From the NCBI GenBank assembly GCA_003598135.1, contig QZKA01000027.1, forward strand, positions 84,788 through 148,787: 64,000 nucleotides of DNA, given 5' to 3'. Every line of letters begins with the position of its first letter. Within the stretch, counting starts at the first letter, position 1. This document shows, one piece after another, positions 1-10,228 of the stretch. The notes beneath the pieces were generated by a model that saw only the letters and a list, made by a program, of their open reading frames with translations, had not been told where the DNA came from and made no database searches. This stretch comes from Candidatus Omnitrophota bacterium (GTDB taxonomy: Bacteria > Omnitrophota > Gorgyraeia > Gygaellales > Profunditerraquicolaceae). The translations under genes and the position numbers were made by a program.

Positions 1-861
1 GTAAGCGGTCTTATCAAACAGGGTGCTGATTTGTGGCGGATCAAAGATATAGTCGGTAGAATCGCGCTTGAAAATGCGGATATACGCGATTATGCGCAGG
101 TGCAGTCTGCAATAAGGAAAGCATGTCCAAGAAAGGTGTTTCATCTTGCAGCGTATGTGAATGTGTCCAGGTCATGGGAGCATTCGCGGGAAATGATCGA
201 TACCAATCTGCTCGGAACGATTAACTTGTTGCATGCCCTTGAGGCAGGAGCGTGCGACTGTTTCATAAATTCGGGCACCTGCGAAGAATATGGCGATAAT
301 ACAACTCCGTTCACAGAAGATCAATGCCCTAATCCGGTTTCTCCGTATTCCGCTTCCAAAGCTGCAGCTACCCTTTTCTGCAGCATGATTTACAAGACCA
401 AGAAAGTTCCAATTGTGACGCTTAGGCCTTTTTTGACTTACGGCCCGCAACAAATCAGCAATATGCTTATACCCTACGTGATACAGAAAGCACTTTTAGG
501 CCAGGATATAGAGATGACCAAAGGAGAACAGACAAGGGAATTCAATTATGTGACGGATATTGTTGACGGCTATATCCGCGCATCCGTTACTCCGCAGGCC
601 TTAGGAGAAGTTATCAATATCGGGAATGCGAAAGAGTATAAAATAATCGATGTAGTAACGATGATTTTAAAGATGCTGGGCAATCCGGTAAAACCAAAAG
701 CCGGCGCACTTGCGTATAGGCCCGGAGAAACCATGCATTTTTATTGCGATAATACGAAGGCGCGTACGATACTTAAGTGGAAGCCGAAAGTGCCCCTGGA
801 GGAAGGATTAAAGAAAACCATAGAATGGTATCTCGCCCGCAAAGACAGGAAAGCCCTATGA
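1..861 (+). CDS. NAD-dependent epimerase/dehydratase (extended SDR), 5'-truncated; possibly the CDP-4-keto-3,6-dideoxyhexose reductase
   Basis: Open from base 1; FHLAA, YSASK (YxxxK) and YGP motifs; ATGA overlap with rfbH. Confidence 0.85.
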   Translation, partial: VSGLIKQGADLWRIKDIVGRIALENADIRDYAQVQSAIRKACPRKVFHLAAYVNVSRSWEHSREMIDTNLLGTINLLHALEAGACDCFINSGTCEEYGDNTTPFTEDQCPNPVSPYSASKAAATLFCSMIYKTKKVPIVTLRPFLTYGPQQISNMLIPYVIQKALLGQDIEMTKGEQTREFNYVTDIVDGYIRASVTPQALGEVINIGNAKEYKIIDVVTMILKMLGNPVKPKAGALAYRPGETMHFYCDNTKARTILKWKPKVPLEEGLKKTIEWYLARKDRKAL

Positions 862-2201
862 CCAAAAAAACTATTCGAAAGGCTGCATGCCTAAAACAGG
901 TAATAGAATATTACAAGCACTCTCATGCAAAGAAAGAATTTGTTCCCGGAAAATCGTTGGTTCAGTATGCCGGAAGGGTGTATAACGAAAAAGACATGTC
1001 CGCGATGGTCAGCGCAGTGCTTGATTTCTGGCTCACCTACGGTGAGTATGCGATGCAATTCGAAAAATTGTTTGCCCGCTTCCACGGCGTTGAGAACGCA
1101 ATCTTAACCAATTCCGGTTCTTCGGCAAATCTTTTGGCCATTTCTGCTCTTCTTGCCAGGAACCTTAAAAACGGCCTTAATCCTCAAGATGAAGTCATTA
1201 CCCCAGCCCTTACCTTTCCTACTACCGTAGCACCGATTGTCCAGAATAACCTGGTTCCGGTATTTCTGGATTGCGAAGTCGAAACATTAAATATCGATGT
1301 AACTTATTTGAAGAAGGCATTATCGCCGAGGACTAAGGCTGTGTGTATTCCTCATACGTTGGGTAATCCCTGCAATATGGCCGCAATCACCGATTTTTGC
1401 AGGAAGCATCATTTATTCCTTATCGAAGACACCTGTGATGCCCTTGGTTCCAAATATGGCAAGAAACTGGTAGGGACGTTCGGGGATTTAGGGACCTTTA
1501 GTTTCTATCCTGCGCACCATATCACCTTGGGCGAAGGGGGAGCGGTGATTACCGCAAACCCGCAATTAGCGCAGGTCCTGCGCTGTTTACGTGACTGGGG
1601 GAGGACGTGTTCTACGCATTGCACCAGTTGTAGGTATGCAGATAAGAGAGACGGCCATTGCGCATTCAGGTTTTCTCAAAAAGGAAGCCACGCAATGCCT
1701 CGCGATTATGATAAGCGCTACGTCTTTTCCTATATCGGCTATAACCTCAAGCCACTGGATATCCAGGCAGCCTTAGGAATAGAGCAGCTCAAAAAATTCC
1801 CCTCTTTCAAAAGAAAAAGGATCGATAATTTCAACTCTCTTTACAAGGGCTTACTGAGATACCGGGAGTTTCTGATCCTGCCGCGTAACGAACGCCACGC
1901 AGAGCCTGTCTGGTTTGCGTTCCCTATAACCGTCCGTAAAAATAAGTGGTTTAACAGAAAAGAACTGGTGCTTTTTCTTGAGCGTAAAAAAATCGAGACC
2001 AGGATGATTTTTGCGGGGAACGTATTGAGGCAGCCAGGCTTCAGGCACATCAGGCACCGTAGTATCGGGGTTTTGAAAAACAGCGATTACGTGATGGAGC
2101 AGAGTTTCTTTATCGGCGTATATCCCGGCCTCGGCGATACCCAAATCAAGTATATACTTGAACAATTCAATCAGTTTTTTAAAGAAAAGGCCCTTGCGTG
2201 A
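858..2201 (+). CDS. rfbH: CDP-4-keto-6-deoxy-D-glucose 3-dehydratase (E1, RfbH/DdhC)
   Basis: TNSGSSANLLA, EDTCDALGS, SFYPAHHITLGEGG (His in place of the Schiff-base Lys), DWGR followed by a Cys cluster, GYNLK; start chosen at the ATGA overlap. Confidence 0.92.
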   Translation: MTKKTIRKAACLKQVIEYYKHSHAKKEFVPGKSLVQYAGRVYNEKDMSAMVSAVLDFWLTYGEYAMQFEKLFARFHGVENAILTNSGSSANLLAISALLARNLKNGLNPQDEVITPALTFPTTVAPIVQNNLVPVFLDCEVETLNIDVTYLKKALSPRTKAVCIPHTLGNPCNMAAITDFCRKHHLFLIEDTCDALGSKYGKKLVGTFGDLGTFSFYPAHHITLGEGGAVITANPQLAQVLRCLRDWGRTCSTHCTSCRYADKRDGHCAFRFSQKGSHAMPRDYDKRYVFSYIGYNLKPLDIQAALGIEQLKKFPSFKRKRIDNFNSLYKGLLRYREFLILPRNERHAEPVWFAFPITVRKNKWFNRKELVLFLERKKIETRMIFAGNVLRQPGFRHIRHRSIGVLKNSDYVMEQSFFIGVYPGLGDTQIKYILEQFNQFFKEKALA

Positions 2202-3745
2202 TTATTGCTTCCGCGAAATTTAGAGTCTGCTTTATTGTCGTGGCAATAGCAGCAATTTCATTTTTATATTACAGTATGCTTATCGACTATCGGGCCATTG
2301 ATGCCAACGGCGACAATATGTACCATGCCTATATGGCAAGAACGGTTTTTTCAAAACAGCCTTTTTATATCCCACTGATTAACTATTTTTACCGCAATGA
2401 TTCCCTTCCTCATGCCGGATACGATTTCCCGCCGCTATTTTCCCTGCTTTTGGGGATAATCTATAAAATTTTCGGGGAAAATTATTATTACGGGATCTAT
2501 TTCAATGCGTTTGTTGCTTCAGCGTCGCTGATTCCTCTGTTTTTGATTGGCAGGCGCTTATCGGGAAATACAGCAGGTTTAATCGCTTCGCTTGCCCTTT
2601 CGCTCAATCTTTTCTGGTTGTTTAGTATCACCAAAGGGCTCTTAGAGCCGCTTTTTGTCTTTTGTGCGATGTGGGCAACGTACTTCCTTTTTTTATATGG
2701 AGAGAAGGAAAGAAGAAGCGCATTAATCATATCGGCCTTTTTGTCTGGACTCGCATATCTTGCGCGCTATAACGGGCTGGTATTGGTTTTCGTGGCTTTG
2801 ATATATCTGTTAACTACCCGCGAAAAACATATCAAAGAACGCCTCAAAGAGTCAGGCATTCTTATCGCCGTTTTTGTATTGACTGTCTTTCCCTGGTTGC
2901 TTAGAAACTACGTAGAGTTTCATGACCCATTTATGTATGTCGGTAAATATTTTATGTGGCTTGAGTTAGGCGTACCAGGCCATGCGGTGTGCAAGGAAGT
3001 CCCTAGCTTTCGCCTCTATTTTGATACCCATACGGTTTTTGATTTTGTAAAACGGTTTTTTGATTCTGCTCGATCGAGCTTTCCGGAGCTGAATAGGACC
3101 TCCAATTATTTCTTGCTTATTGTCCTGCATCAGGCAGTATTCGGGGTTAGGCGTTTCTTTAACCGGAAATTCCTCTTTTTCTACCTGTTTGTGTTTTTCG
3201 GGTATTTGTTCGTGATGTTGCATCCGTTCGCGTTGGATCCCAGACATTTTTTGCCTTTTTACCCGTTGCTTTATTTAGGGGGGAGTGTGTATGCGTGCAG
3301 GAGCGTTTCGTATTACCTTATGCAACGCAGCCTCTTTAATTACCTTAAATTAACTATCCTACTGGTATGTATTGTTTTTTCTTTAACTTCCCTGGTCGGG
3401 CAATACCGGAAAGATTTTGATATGCTTTATCGCTCTTATCCGTTCAGCAGGATGGCGGAAGAATTAGGTGGCTGGGTTAGCCGCTATACAAATACAGAAG
3501 ACGTGATTATGATGCAATATGCAATGGTCCCTTTATATTATTCAGGCCGTGGCTCTGTGACTGCGCCAGCCCTTGCTTCACAAGAGGATATCGACAATCT
3601 TGTAGATAGGTACGGGGTGACTTACTTTGCCGATTTATTCTATGATGGGCCCTTGCCGAGCGGTTTCCTTGAAGTGCAAAGATTCCGCTATAAAGATCAA
3701 GTGATAAAAGTATTCCATAAGGAGGGAAAAAGTGGCGCGAATTAA
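2198..3745 (+). CDS. GT-C fold polytopic glycosyltransferase (GT39/ArnT/PMT-like)
   Basis: Acidic first loop (DANGD...Y), PPLF motif, many TM segments, LAYLAR, PWLLRN, soluble C-terminal domain. Confidence 0.75.
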   Translation: MIIASAKFRVCFIVVAIAAISFLYYSMLIDYRAIDANGDNMYHAYMARTVFSKQPFYIPLINYFYRNDSLPHAGYDFPPLFSLLLGIIYKIFGENYYYGIYFNAFVASASLIPLFLIGRRLSGNTAGLIASLALSLNLFWLFSITKGLLEPLFVFCAMWATYFLFLYGEKERRSALIISAFLSGLAYLARYNGLVLVFVALIYLLTTREKHIKERLKESGILIAVFVLTVFPWLLRNYVEFHDPFMYVGKYFMWLELGVPGHAVCKEVPSFRLYFDTHTVFDFVKRFFDSARSSFPELNRTSNYFLLIVLHQAVFGVRRFFNRKFLFFYLFVFFGYLFVMLHPFALDPRHFLPFYPLLYLGGSVYACRSVSYYLMQRSLFNYLKLTILLVCIVFSLTSLVGQYRKDFDMLYRSYPFSRMAEELGGWVSRYTNTEDVIMMQYAMVPLYYSGRGSVTAPALASQEDIDNLVDRYGVTYFADLFYDGPLPSGFLEVQRFRYKDQVIKVFHKEGKSGAN

Positions 3746-5528
3746 AAAAATTTTAGAAGGAGCGGCTTCGTTTTTGCAACGGTATCCAGTAATGGTTATT
3801 ATTGTCGGCTATATCCTATTGAGCAGTTCTTTCTATAATGTCGGTTTCCCGATGGACGACGAGTGCTTCTCCATTAACGTCTGTCGTAGGATCCTTCAGG
3901 GGGATATCCCGTATAAGGATTTTCAGTTGCACGTAACACCCGGCTCTTTCTACCTGCAGAGCCTGATGTTTAAGATATTCGGCCAGGAATTGATAATTAA
4001 CAGGATTACTACTACTATTGTCGGAGTATTCATCGCTCTTTTATTGTATTACCTTTCGCTGCGCATTATGCCTCCTGCGTTTGCCATCTTTTCGAGTGCC
4101 GTGTTTGGTATCTGGGGAACGATTCATTTAAATTTCCTCTGGTACAGCTGGTATGCGGATTTATTTGCTCTCCTTGCCGTTTTATTTCTATTGCGCTACC
4201 TCGCACGTAAGGGGGCCTGGGATGTTTTTCTCTGCGGCATCTTCATAGGGTGCACATTGTTATGTAAACAGAATATCGGGCTTTCAGCGTTCCTCTCCGT
4301 AATAGTCGGGTTATCGTTAATTCGCATGTTGCAAGGAGGTAAAACGCCGCTTCTAAAGAGGGAGGTAATTTCTTTAAGGGAGCTTTTGCTTGTGGGCGGG
4401 GGTATGGTAATTGCGATACTGCCATTCGTGGTATATCTTTTCTGGAATTCAGCATTGAAGAGCGCCTTTGTATGGCTCGTGCTTAAACAGCAGGAGGTTA
4501 CTGCCAGCCCCATACGCCTTTTGTATCTGCCGTATGAATTTACTCATAGCTGGAAGTATCTATTGGGTATTTCGGCTGTGTTAACGTGCATGTTCCTGTT
4601 TGTTTCGTTTGCGCTTAGGCTAAAGGAAGAAAAGTCGCTCTGGTCAAAAATAGAAGGCGCTCTTGCCGCGCTTTTTATCGTATACGCAGTGATTTACTTG
4701 GTTTCTGCCGGAAACTGGCTCACTAAGATGTTTATTTCCTCGGTATATTATGCATTCATTTATATTCCATATTTCCTGGTCGGATTTGCCGTCCTATATC
4801 TTTGGCGGCTATTGCGCCTAAAGCGCCCTCTTGCAGGCGAGACAAGCGCACTTTTGCTATTGGTCATCTTTGTTGTACTCCAGATTTATTTCGGCCTGCT
4901 TAATTCAAGCGATCTTATTCATCAGATTCTTGTATACCCCCCGCTATGGATATTCGTTAGTTTTCTATTATTCAAAATGTACTCATGGGAAAGCCGTGAT
5001 CCGATAAAGAAGAAAACTTGGCTCTATTTTATCGCCGTATTGTTATTTCTCTTCATTTTCTCTGGCGTACGCATCGCCTACCGGAAGATGGCGCTTTGGT
5101 ATTACAGCACTCCCATTAAGGTGTTTAACCGGTCGCTTGATATACCGAAAGCAAGGATGCTTAAGGTGAGCCAGACGAATAAAGATACCGTTGAACCCCT
5201 GGTTGCGTATATCCGTGCGCATACCGAAAAAGACGAGCGGATATTCGTCATGTCCTTCGATACGATCTTTTATTTTTTAACCGACAGGAAGAGTCCTTCG
5301 TATTTTGATAACGTGCTTCTTACCTATGTCCCTTATTATGAACAGCCGACAATAATACGCGACCTGAGAAAAAATAAGGTGAACTATGTAATCGAAAGAG
5401 ACCAGAATTCAAGCGCATATCCCGTTAAGCAGTTTTATCCGCTTTTGTATCAATACGTAAAAGCCAATTATCATCAGGAAGCGGTATTTGGGAATTTTAT
5501 TATTTTACGGAGAAATACCGATAGATAG
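3732..5528 (+). CDS. GT-C fold polytopic glycosyltransferase
   Basis: MDDE loop, GDIPYKDF...TPGS, LLCKQN, many TM segments, periplasmic C-terminal domain. Confidence 0.75.
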   Translation: MARIKKILEGAASFLQRYPVMVIIVGYILLSSSFYNVGFPMDDECFSINVCRRILQGDIPYKDFQLHVTPGSFYLQSLMFKIFGQELIINRITTTIVGVFIALLLYYLSLRIMPPAFAIFSSAVFGIWGTIHLNFLWYSWYADLFALLAVLFLLRYLARKGAWDVFLCGIFIGCTLLCKQNIGLSAFLSVIVGLSLIRMLQGGKTPLLKREVISLRELLLVGGGMVIAILPFVVYLFWNSALKSAFVWLVLKQQEVTASPIRLLYLPYEFTHSWKYLLGISAVLTCMFLFVSFALRLKEEKSLWSKIEGALAALFIVYAVIYLVSAGNWLTKMFISSVYYAFIYIPYFLVGFAVLYLWRLLRLKRPLAGETSALLLLVIFVVLQIYFGLLNSSDLIHQILVYPPLWIFVSFLLFKMYSWESRDPIKKKTWLYFIAVLLFLFIFSGVRIAYRKMALWYYSTPIKVFNRSLDIPKARMLKVSQTNKDTVEPLVAYIRAHTEKDERIFVMSFDTIFYFLTDRKSPSYFDNVLLTYVPYYEQPTIIRDLRKNKVNYVIERDQNSSAYPVKQFYPLLYQYVKANYHQEAVFGNFIILRRNTDR

Positions 5529-5540
5529 GCTGCATTAGTT

Positions 5541-6998
5541 ATGGCGAATGTATTATTAATCAACCCTGACCCAAAGTCGATTCATCCCCGCTACCCAAGC
5601 GCACTTTTGCCTTTGGCGGGAGTGCTTCGTTCGAACAGTCACCGTGTTGAGATATTTGACGGGCAATTCCAGGATTGCAGAAATATCAAATTGGCAGAAT
5701 ATGATGTTGTCGGGATAACGTCCCTCACTGGCCCACAGATACACAGCGCTTTGAAAATTGCCCGCTGGATAAAAACAAAGGCCAAAACACTGCCTCTTAT
5801 CTGGGGAGGCGTGCATTGTTCGCTAGTGCCTGAACAGACTGCCGCGCATGAATTAGTCGATGTGGCAGTACGAGGGGAAGGGGAAGAGTCCTTTTTAGAG
5901 CTAATAGAGGCGATACAAAAACGGCAAAGCTTAGAAATTGTAAAAGGAATAACATTTAAGCAGGATGGAAAAATAGTTTCTACTGCTGAAAGGGATTGTA
6001 TCGAACTGGATAAGCTGCCCTATCTTCCGTTTGAGTTATTGCCGAATTTTCATAAATATTCCAATATCAAAAGGAAAATAATGTATTTTCAGACCAGCAG
6101 GGGCTGTCCTTATTCCTGCGGTTTCTGTTATTCTAACCGGGTACATAAGGGCCGCTGGAGGGCTATGTCTGCCGAGAGGGCGGTGGAAGAGATCAAATAC
6201 ATATGCGATACCTTTCATCCCGAAACCATTTCGTTTATCGACGACGAATTTTTCGTGGACCAGAGAAGGGTTGGTGAGATTTGCCAGAAGTTGATCGACG
6301 CTAAGGTTGATATACAATGGGGTTCCTCCGGAAGGTATGACCAGGCGTATAAATATACAAGCGATTTTCTCAAGCTCCTCAAGGCAAGCGGCTGTGTGGG
6401 GGTGAGTTTTGGCGGTGAATCCGGCTCTACCAGAGTCCTTGAATCGATTAACAAAAGAATTACGGTTGAGCAGATGAAAACCACCGTTGAAAAGTTTAAA
6501 GAAAATAACCTCTTTTCTACCGTGAATTTTATGTCGGGTTTTCCCGGAGAAAAGAAAGAAGATATTTTTAAGACATTTGATCTGATCGATGAGCTCACCC
6601 GGATTGATCCCGGCTTGATGGTGAACAGCATTAGTGTGTATACGCCTTTTCCTAATACCCCTATGTATAAAGAAGCGCTAGAGTATGGCTTCAGGGAACC
6701 TCGGTCTTTAGAGGAGTGGGGCGAATTCTTCTACAATGACGTAAGTAATTTGCCATGGTTAGAAAAAGAGACGAGAAGCTTATTAAAGACTATCAGTCTG
6801 CTTACTGAATGCGAGTTCAACAGAAAAGGGGCATTTAAATCAACCAGGCTTTTTGAAGATAGTCCGATAAAGAAAATTGCCTATACGGGGCTTTCTTTTT
6901 TAGCGAAGTGGAGATGGAGAAACAGGAATTTTCGTTTTCCTGTTGAGTGGCGGCTTTTGGATGCAGGGCTTAGGTTCATTAAGAGCGGAGAGAGATAG
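5541..6998 (+). CDS. Cobalamin-binding radical SAM protein
   Basis: N-terminal B12 domain (WGGVH, RGEGE); TSRGCPYSCGFC (CxxxCxxC); GGESGS; YTPFPNTP. Confidence 0.9.
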   Translation: MANVLLINPDPKSIHPRYPSALLPLAGVLRSNSHRVEIFDGQFQDCRNIKLAEYDVVGITSLTGPQIHSALKIARWIKTKAKTLPLIWGGVHCSLVPEQTAAHELVDVAVRGEGEESFLELIEAIQKRQSLEIVKGITFKQDGKIVSTAERDCIELDKLPYLPFELLPNFHKYSNIKRKIMYFQTSRGCPYSCGFCYSNRVHKGRWRAMSAERAVEEIKYICDTFHPETISFIDDEFFVDQRRVGEICQKLIDAKVDIQWGSSGRYDQAYKYTSDFLKLLKASGCVGVSFGGESGSTRVLESINKRITVEQMKTTVEKFKENNLFSTVNFMSGFPGEKKEDIFKTFDLIDELTRIDPGLMVNSISVYTPFPNTPMYKEALEYGFREPRSLEEWGEFFYNDVSNLPWLEKETRSLLKTISLLTECEFNRKGAFKSTRLFEDSPIKKIAYTGLSFLAKWRWRNRNFRFPVEWRLLDAGLRFIKSGER

Positions 6999-7000
6999 GC

Positions 7001-10000
7001 GTGGCTAATTTTCTCAAAAAAAACAGAAATCTGATCAATATTCTTTTCCTTTTTATTATTGCCGTAGTCATTTATAGGGGCGTTTTTTCCCCGGGCGTTG
7101 CGGTAAGGACTGACCTTTTTTTACCGACTTCTGATTGGTTGAAGGAGCAAAGCAGCCATCCTTGGCTGTGGAGCTTTGAGGGGGGAGGCAAATATATTGC
7201 TGCCTATGAGTTGCAGCTTTTCCCTTTGTACGCCTTATGGAATACGCTCCATGAGAAGCTCGGGCTGCCGATTGACTTGGGTAGGCGTATAGTATGGATA
7301 TATGTTTTTATCGTAGTGGGGATTGTATCTATGTATGCGCTTGGTAAAAAACTCACCCAGAGCAATACCGCCGCATTTGTTTCTGCGTTGTATTTTATTG
7401 CTTCAATAATGAATATCTGGGCAATTCACGGTTCCTGGATACAGGGTGCGGCAGGAATGTCTTTTGTGCCGTTATGTTTTTTATTTTTCTTGATGTCTCT
7501 TGAAGAAAAAGAGAAGGTAAGGGCGTGGTTGCTTGTTATGGCAAGTGCGCTGTGTTTTACCGTAATCGTCTGGTATGAACTTAAGATCGCCATGCTCATG
7601 TTTGCGTTGCTATGCGCGTTCTTTATTTTTTATTCGGCCAAAAATAGCCATAGGGTTATGCCGCTTGCGTTACGGTTCGGCATTTTTTGCCTTGGCATAC
7701 TCGTCTCTAATGCCTGGATTATTATTCCCACTTTTCTGACAGGATTCTCCGGCATACCTGAATCCGCATCCCAGTCGGCATATATTGTCAAGGCAGAGAG
7801 CCTCTATTCCCTCTATTTCATTCCGCAGGTATTTATAACACACGGCGTAGTTTTCTTGCCTCTGTTGAGCATATTGGTATTTTTTGTGTTTCTGCCTCTT
7901 TTGTTCGCCTCTTCCTTATATGTTATCTATTTTTCCTTAACCGCGTTATTACTTATGGTTCTTTCTTCTGCGGGGAGCGGGCCGTTTGGCTTCATATATT
8001 TATTCCTCTACCGATACGTTCCTTTTTTTGTAGCGTTTAAAGATACCACCAAGTTTCTTCTTTTTCTTGTTTTTCCCGTTTCCGTACTTTTAGGGTTTTC
8101 TGCATTCTTTATGGAAACCAGGCTTATAAAGAGGCTATCCCACCGTATTAAATATCCGGGTGCCTTTACGGCGATTATTTTTTTATTTTTGTGCATCGGC
8201 GCGATTTTTCCTGCGTTGTTCGGGGTAAACCCCTTTTCTAAGGACAAAGCAGGCTCGATCTTATCGCCACGGCCTATCCCGGAAGATATGTCTTTTCTTT
8301 ATGATTGGGTCAAGGTCCAACCTAAGGATTATAAAATGCTCCTGTATCCCGGGGCAAGCCCGTTTCAAATTATTGATAACCGGCACCCGGGGCTGGGCGC
8401 GCTTTATTATACCTTTAGCCCTGCCAAAGAACTATTGATGTATTTCTGGCTCAACCCCTATAACCGCTTAAGTGTAGTGAGGAGGGGGCTGACTAACCGC
8501 TCTGTAGAAATGCTTAAGCTTATGAACATCAGGAATCTGGTGTTTTACCCGGAATACGAATATATGTGGGGAGTGATCCCCGGAATCGGAAGCCAGAAAA
8601 AAGCCGTCTCTGTATTTAAAGGGCAGCAGGGATTAAGGAGATTAAGTTCTTCCGAAGGGCTGGCACTGTATGAAGTTGATACACCGATGCCGCTTTTATA
8701 CGGAGTATCGAAAATCGATTACGCCGTAGGGGGCAGGAGTATTTTTTTGCCGCTTTTTTTGCTCGATTTCGATTTTACGCAGCGCGCGCTCCTGTTCAAC
8801 AGCCAACTTAAAAACAAATTCATGGAAATAGGGGAGAGTATAGATGCAGTGATTTTTTACGGCAAAGACATAGATGATCTTGCCATTTCTGCTTTGGAAG
8901 ACCGTTACAAGATGGGCCTTTGGAATTATGCACGGTTTTCAAACGGGGTAACGCCGACCGATCAGCGGCCTTATAATATCTGGAATACAGACGATACGGG
9001 TTGGGTTAAATATTATGCGCCTTACTGGTTGATTGCAGAGGGAGAAATCCAGGAGGGCCGGCACCCGGGGTTAGTGAAAGCCGGTTCCGAGAATGCCGAC
9101 ATGTTCCTGAATTTTGATGTCCCGAAAGAAGAGGAGTATGAGGTATGGGTAAGAATGGGTATCGGGCACAATATATGGGGTCCCGCAGGAGCGAATGAAA
9201 TTTCGTTCCACCTGGATTATTTGCTTTTGGGTTACGTGGCTGCCGAGAGAAAGAATTGCACGGGATTAAAATGGCTAAAAATAGGAAAAGCAGATTTAAC
9301 CGCAGGCACTCATAGCTTATGGATAAGGAACCGCTGCGGGATCAATGCAATAGACCAGGTTGCGGTAGTCCCAACATCCGCCATAAGGAAGCATTACGAT
9401 AAAATACTCTCTATCTTGAAAGAGAAAAAAATCATCTTTTTGTTTGAAGCGGAAAGGAATTTCGTCCCTGATATCCAATCGGACTGGACAATCGAATTTT
9501 ATAATGGCATTGCGAGCCAGGGTTATGCGTTGGCAACGAAAAAGCGAAACGCAGCTATACGCTTGAAGGAAAAAGACAGGGAACAGGGGACTACACTTCT
9601 AAAGATCCCTCATGCAGGCCGGTTTAACGTGAAGCTGCGCTTGCGCAGCCAAGAGCGCATGATCCTTACAATTAAGGTTGACGGAAAAAAAGTGCATTCT
9701 GCCGATATCCCCGCGTATCGGGAGTTTAGCTGGTTTGAGTTGCCTGCAATATTTTTATCAGAAGGGGAGCATGACTTATCCATTGAAAAGCAGGGAAATG
9801 GGTTATTTGCGCTGGATTGTGTTGTCGTTTCATCCGAAGATAGTAAGGCAAGGTTGGGCTTTTCAAAAAAAGGGACCGGTAATGCCCGCAATGATTTTTC
9901 CTGGAAGGCTGAAAAAATAACGGAATTCCGGGTCCGGCCTGGCAAGGATACCCGGTTCATAGTGCTTAATACTAATTACAATCCCGATTGGAACTTGAAG

Positions 10001-10228
10001 GATTCAAGCGCCTTCTCTGAACGCCCTCTATTAGTAAATTCATGGGCTAACGGGTTTTTAGTAGATGGCCGCACGAGCCAAAAACAGGAATTAACCCTTA
10101 TATTCCGGTTACAAAGAGATATTGACAATATATGGCGTTATTTTCTTTTGTGCGTGCGTATCTTGGCAATAGTTGCATGTGTGGGCATTTTAATTTTGAT
10201 ATATGAAAAATTCCTTAAATCTAAATAA
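7001..10228 (+). CDS. Large GT-C membrane protein (AftD/YfhO-like) with two carbohydrate-binding-module-like beta domains
   Basis: About 12 N-terminal TM segments; two related beta-sandwich segments (LTAGTHSLWI and LSEGEHDLSI); C-terminal NYNPDW...VNSWANGF and a final TM helix. Confidence 0.65.
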   Translation: MANFLKKNRNLINILFLFIIAVVIYRGVFSPGVAVRTDLFLPTSDWLKEQSSHPWLWSFEGGGKYIAAYELQLFPLYALWNTLHEKLGLPIDLGRRIVWIYVFIVVGIVSMYALGKKLTQSNTAAFVSALYFIASIMNIWAIHGSWIQGAAGMSFVPLCFLFFLMSLEEKEKVRAWLLVMASALCFTVIVWYELKIAMLMFALLCAFFIFYSAKNSHRVMPLALRFGIFCLGILVSNAWIIIPTFLTGFSGIPESASQSAYIVKAESLYSLYFIPQVFITHGVVFLPLLSILVFFVFLPLLFASSLYVIYFSLTALLLMVLSSAGSGPFGFIYLFLYRYVPFFVAFKDTTKFLLFLVFPVSVLLGFSAFFMETRLIKRLSHRIKYPGAFTAIIFLFLCIGAIFPALFGVNPFSKDKAGSILSPRPIPEDMSFLYDWVKVQPKDYKMLLYPGASPFQIIDNRHPGLGALYYTFSPAKELLMYFWLNPYNRLSVVRRGLTNRSVEMLKLMNIRNLVFYPEYEYMWGVIPGIGSQKKAVSVFKGQQGLRRLSSSEGLALYEVDTPMPLLYGVSKIDYAVGGRSIFLPLFLLDFDFTQRALLFNSQLKNKFMEIGESIDAVIFYGKDIDDLAISALEDRYKMGLWNYARFSNGVTPTDQRPYNIWNTDDTGWVKYYAPYWLIAEGEIQEGRHPGLVKAGSENADMFLNFDVPKEEEYEVWVRMGIGHNIWGPAGANEISFHLDYLLLGYVAAERKNCTGLKWLKIGKADLTAGTHSLWIRNRCGINAIDQVAVVPTSAIRKHYDKILSILKEKKIIFLFEAERNFVPDIQSDWTIEFYNGIASQGYALATKKRNAAIRLKEKDREQGTTLLKIPHAGRFNVKLRLRSQERMILTIKVDGKKVHSADIPAYREFSWFELPAIFLSEGEHDLSIEKQGNGLFALDCVVVSSEDSKARLGFSKKGTGNARNDFSWKAEKITEFRVRPGKDTRFIVLNTNYNPDWNLKDSSAFSERPLLVNSWANGFLVDGRTSQKQELTLIFRLQRDIDNIWRYFLLCVRILAIVACVGILILIYEKFLKSK

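Noticed and set aside
777-857. Extended ORF-track starts (rfbH 777, also 11720, 16227, 21085, 33375, 42715, 43555, 50913, 57905, 59565)
   Set aside because: They overlap upstream genes, terminators or promoters; downstream ATGs fit RBS, coupling and homology better.
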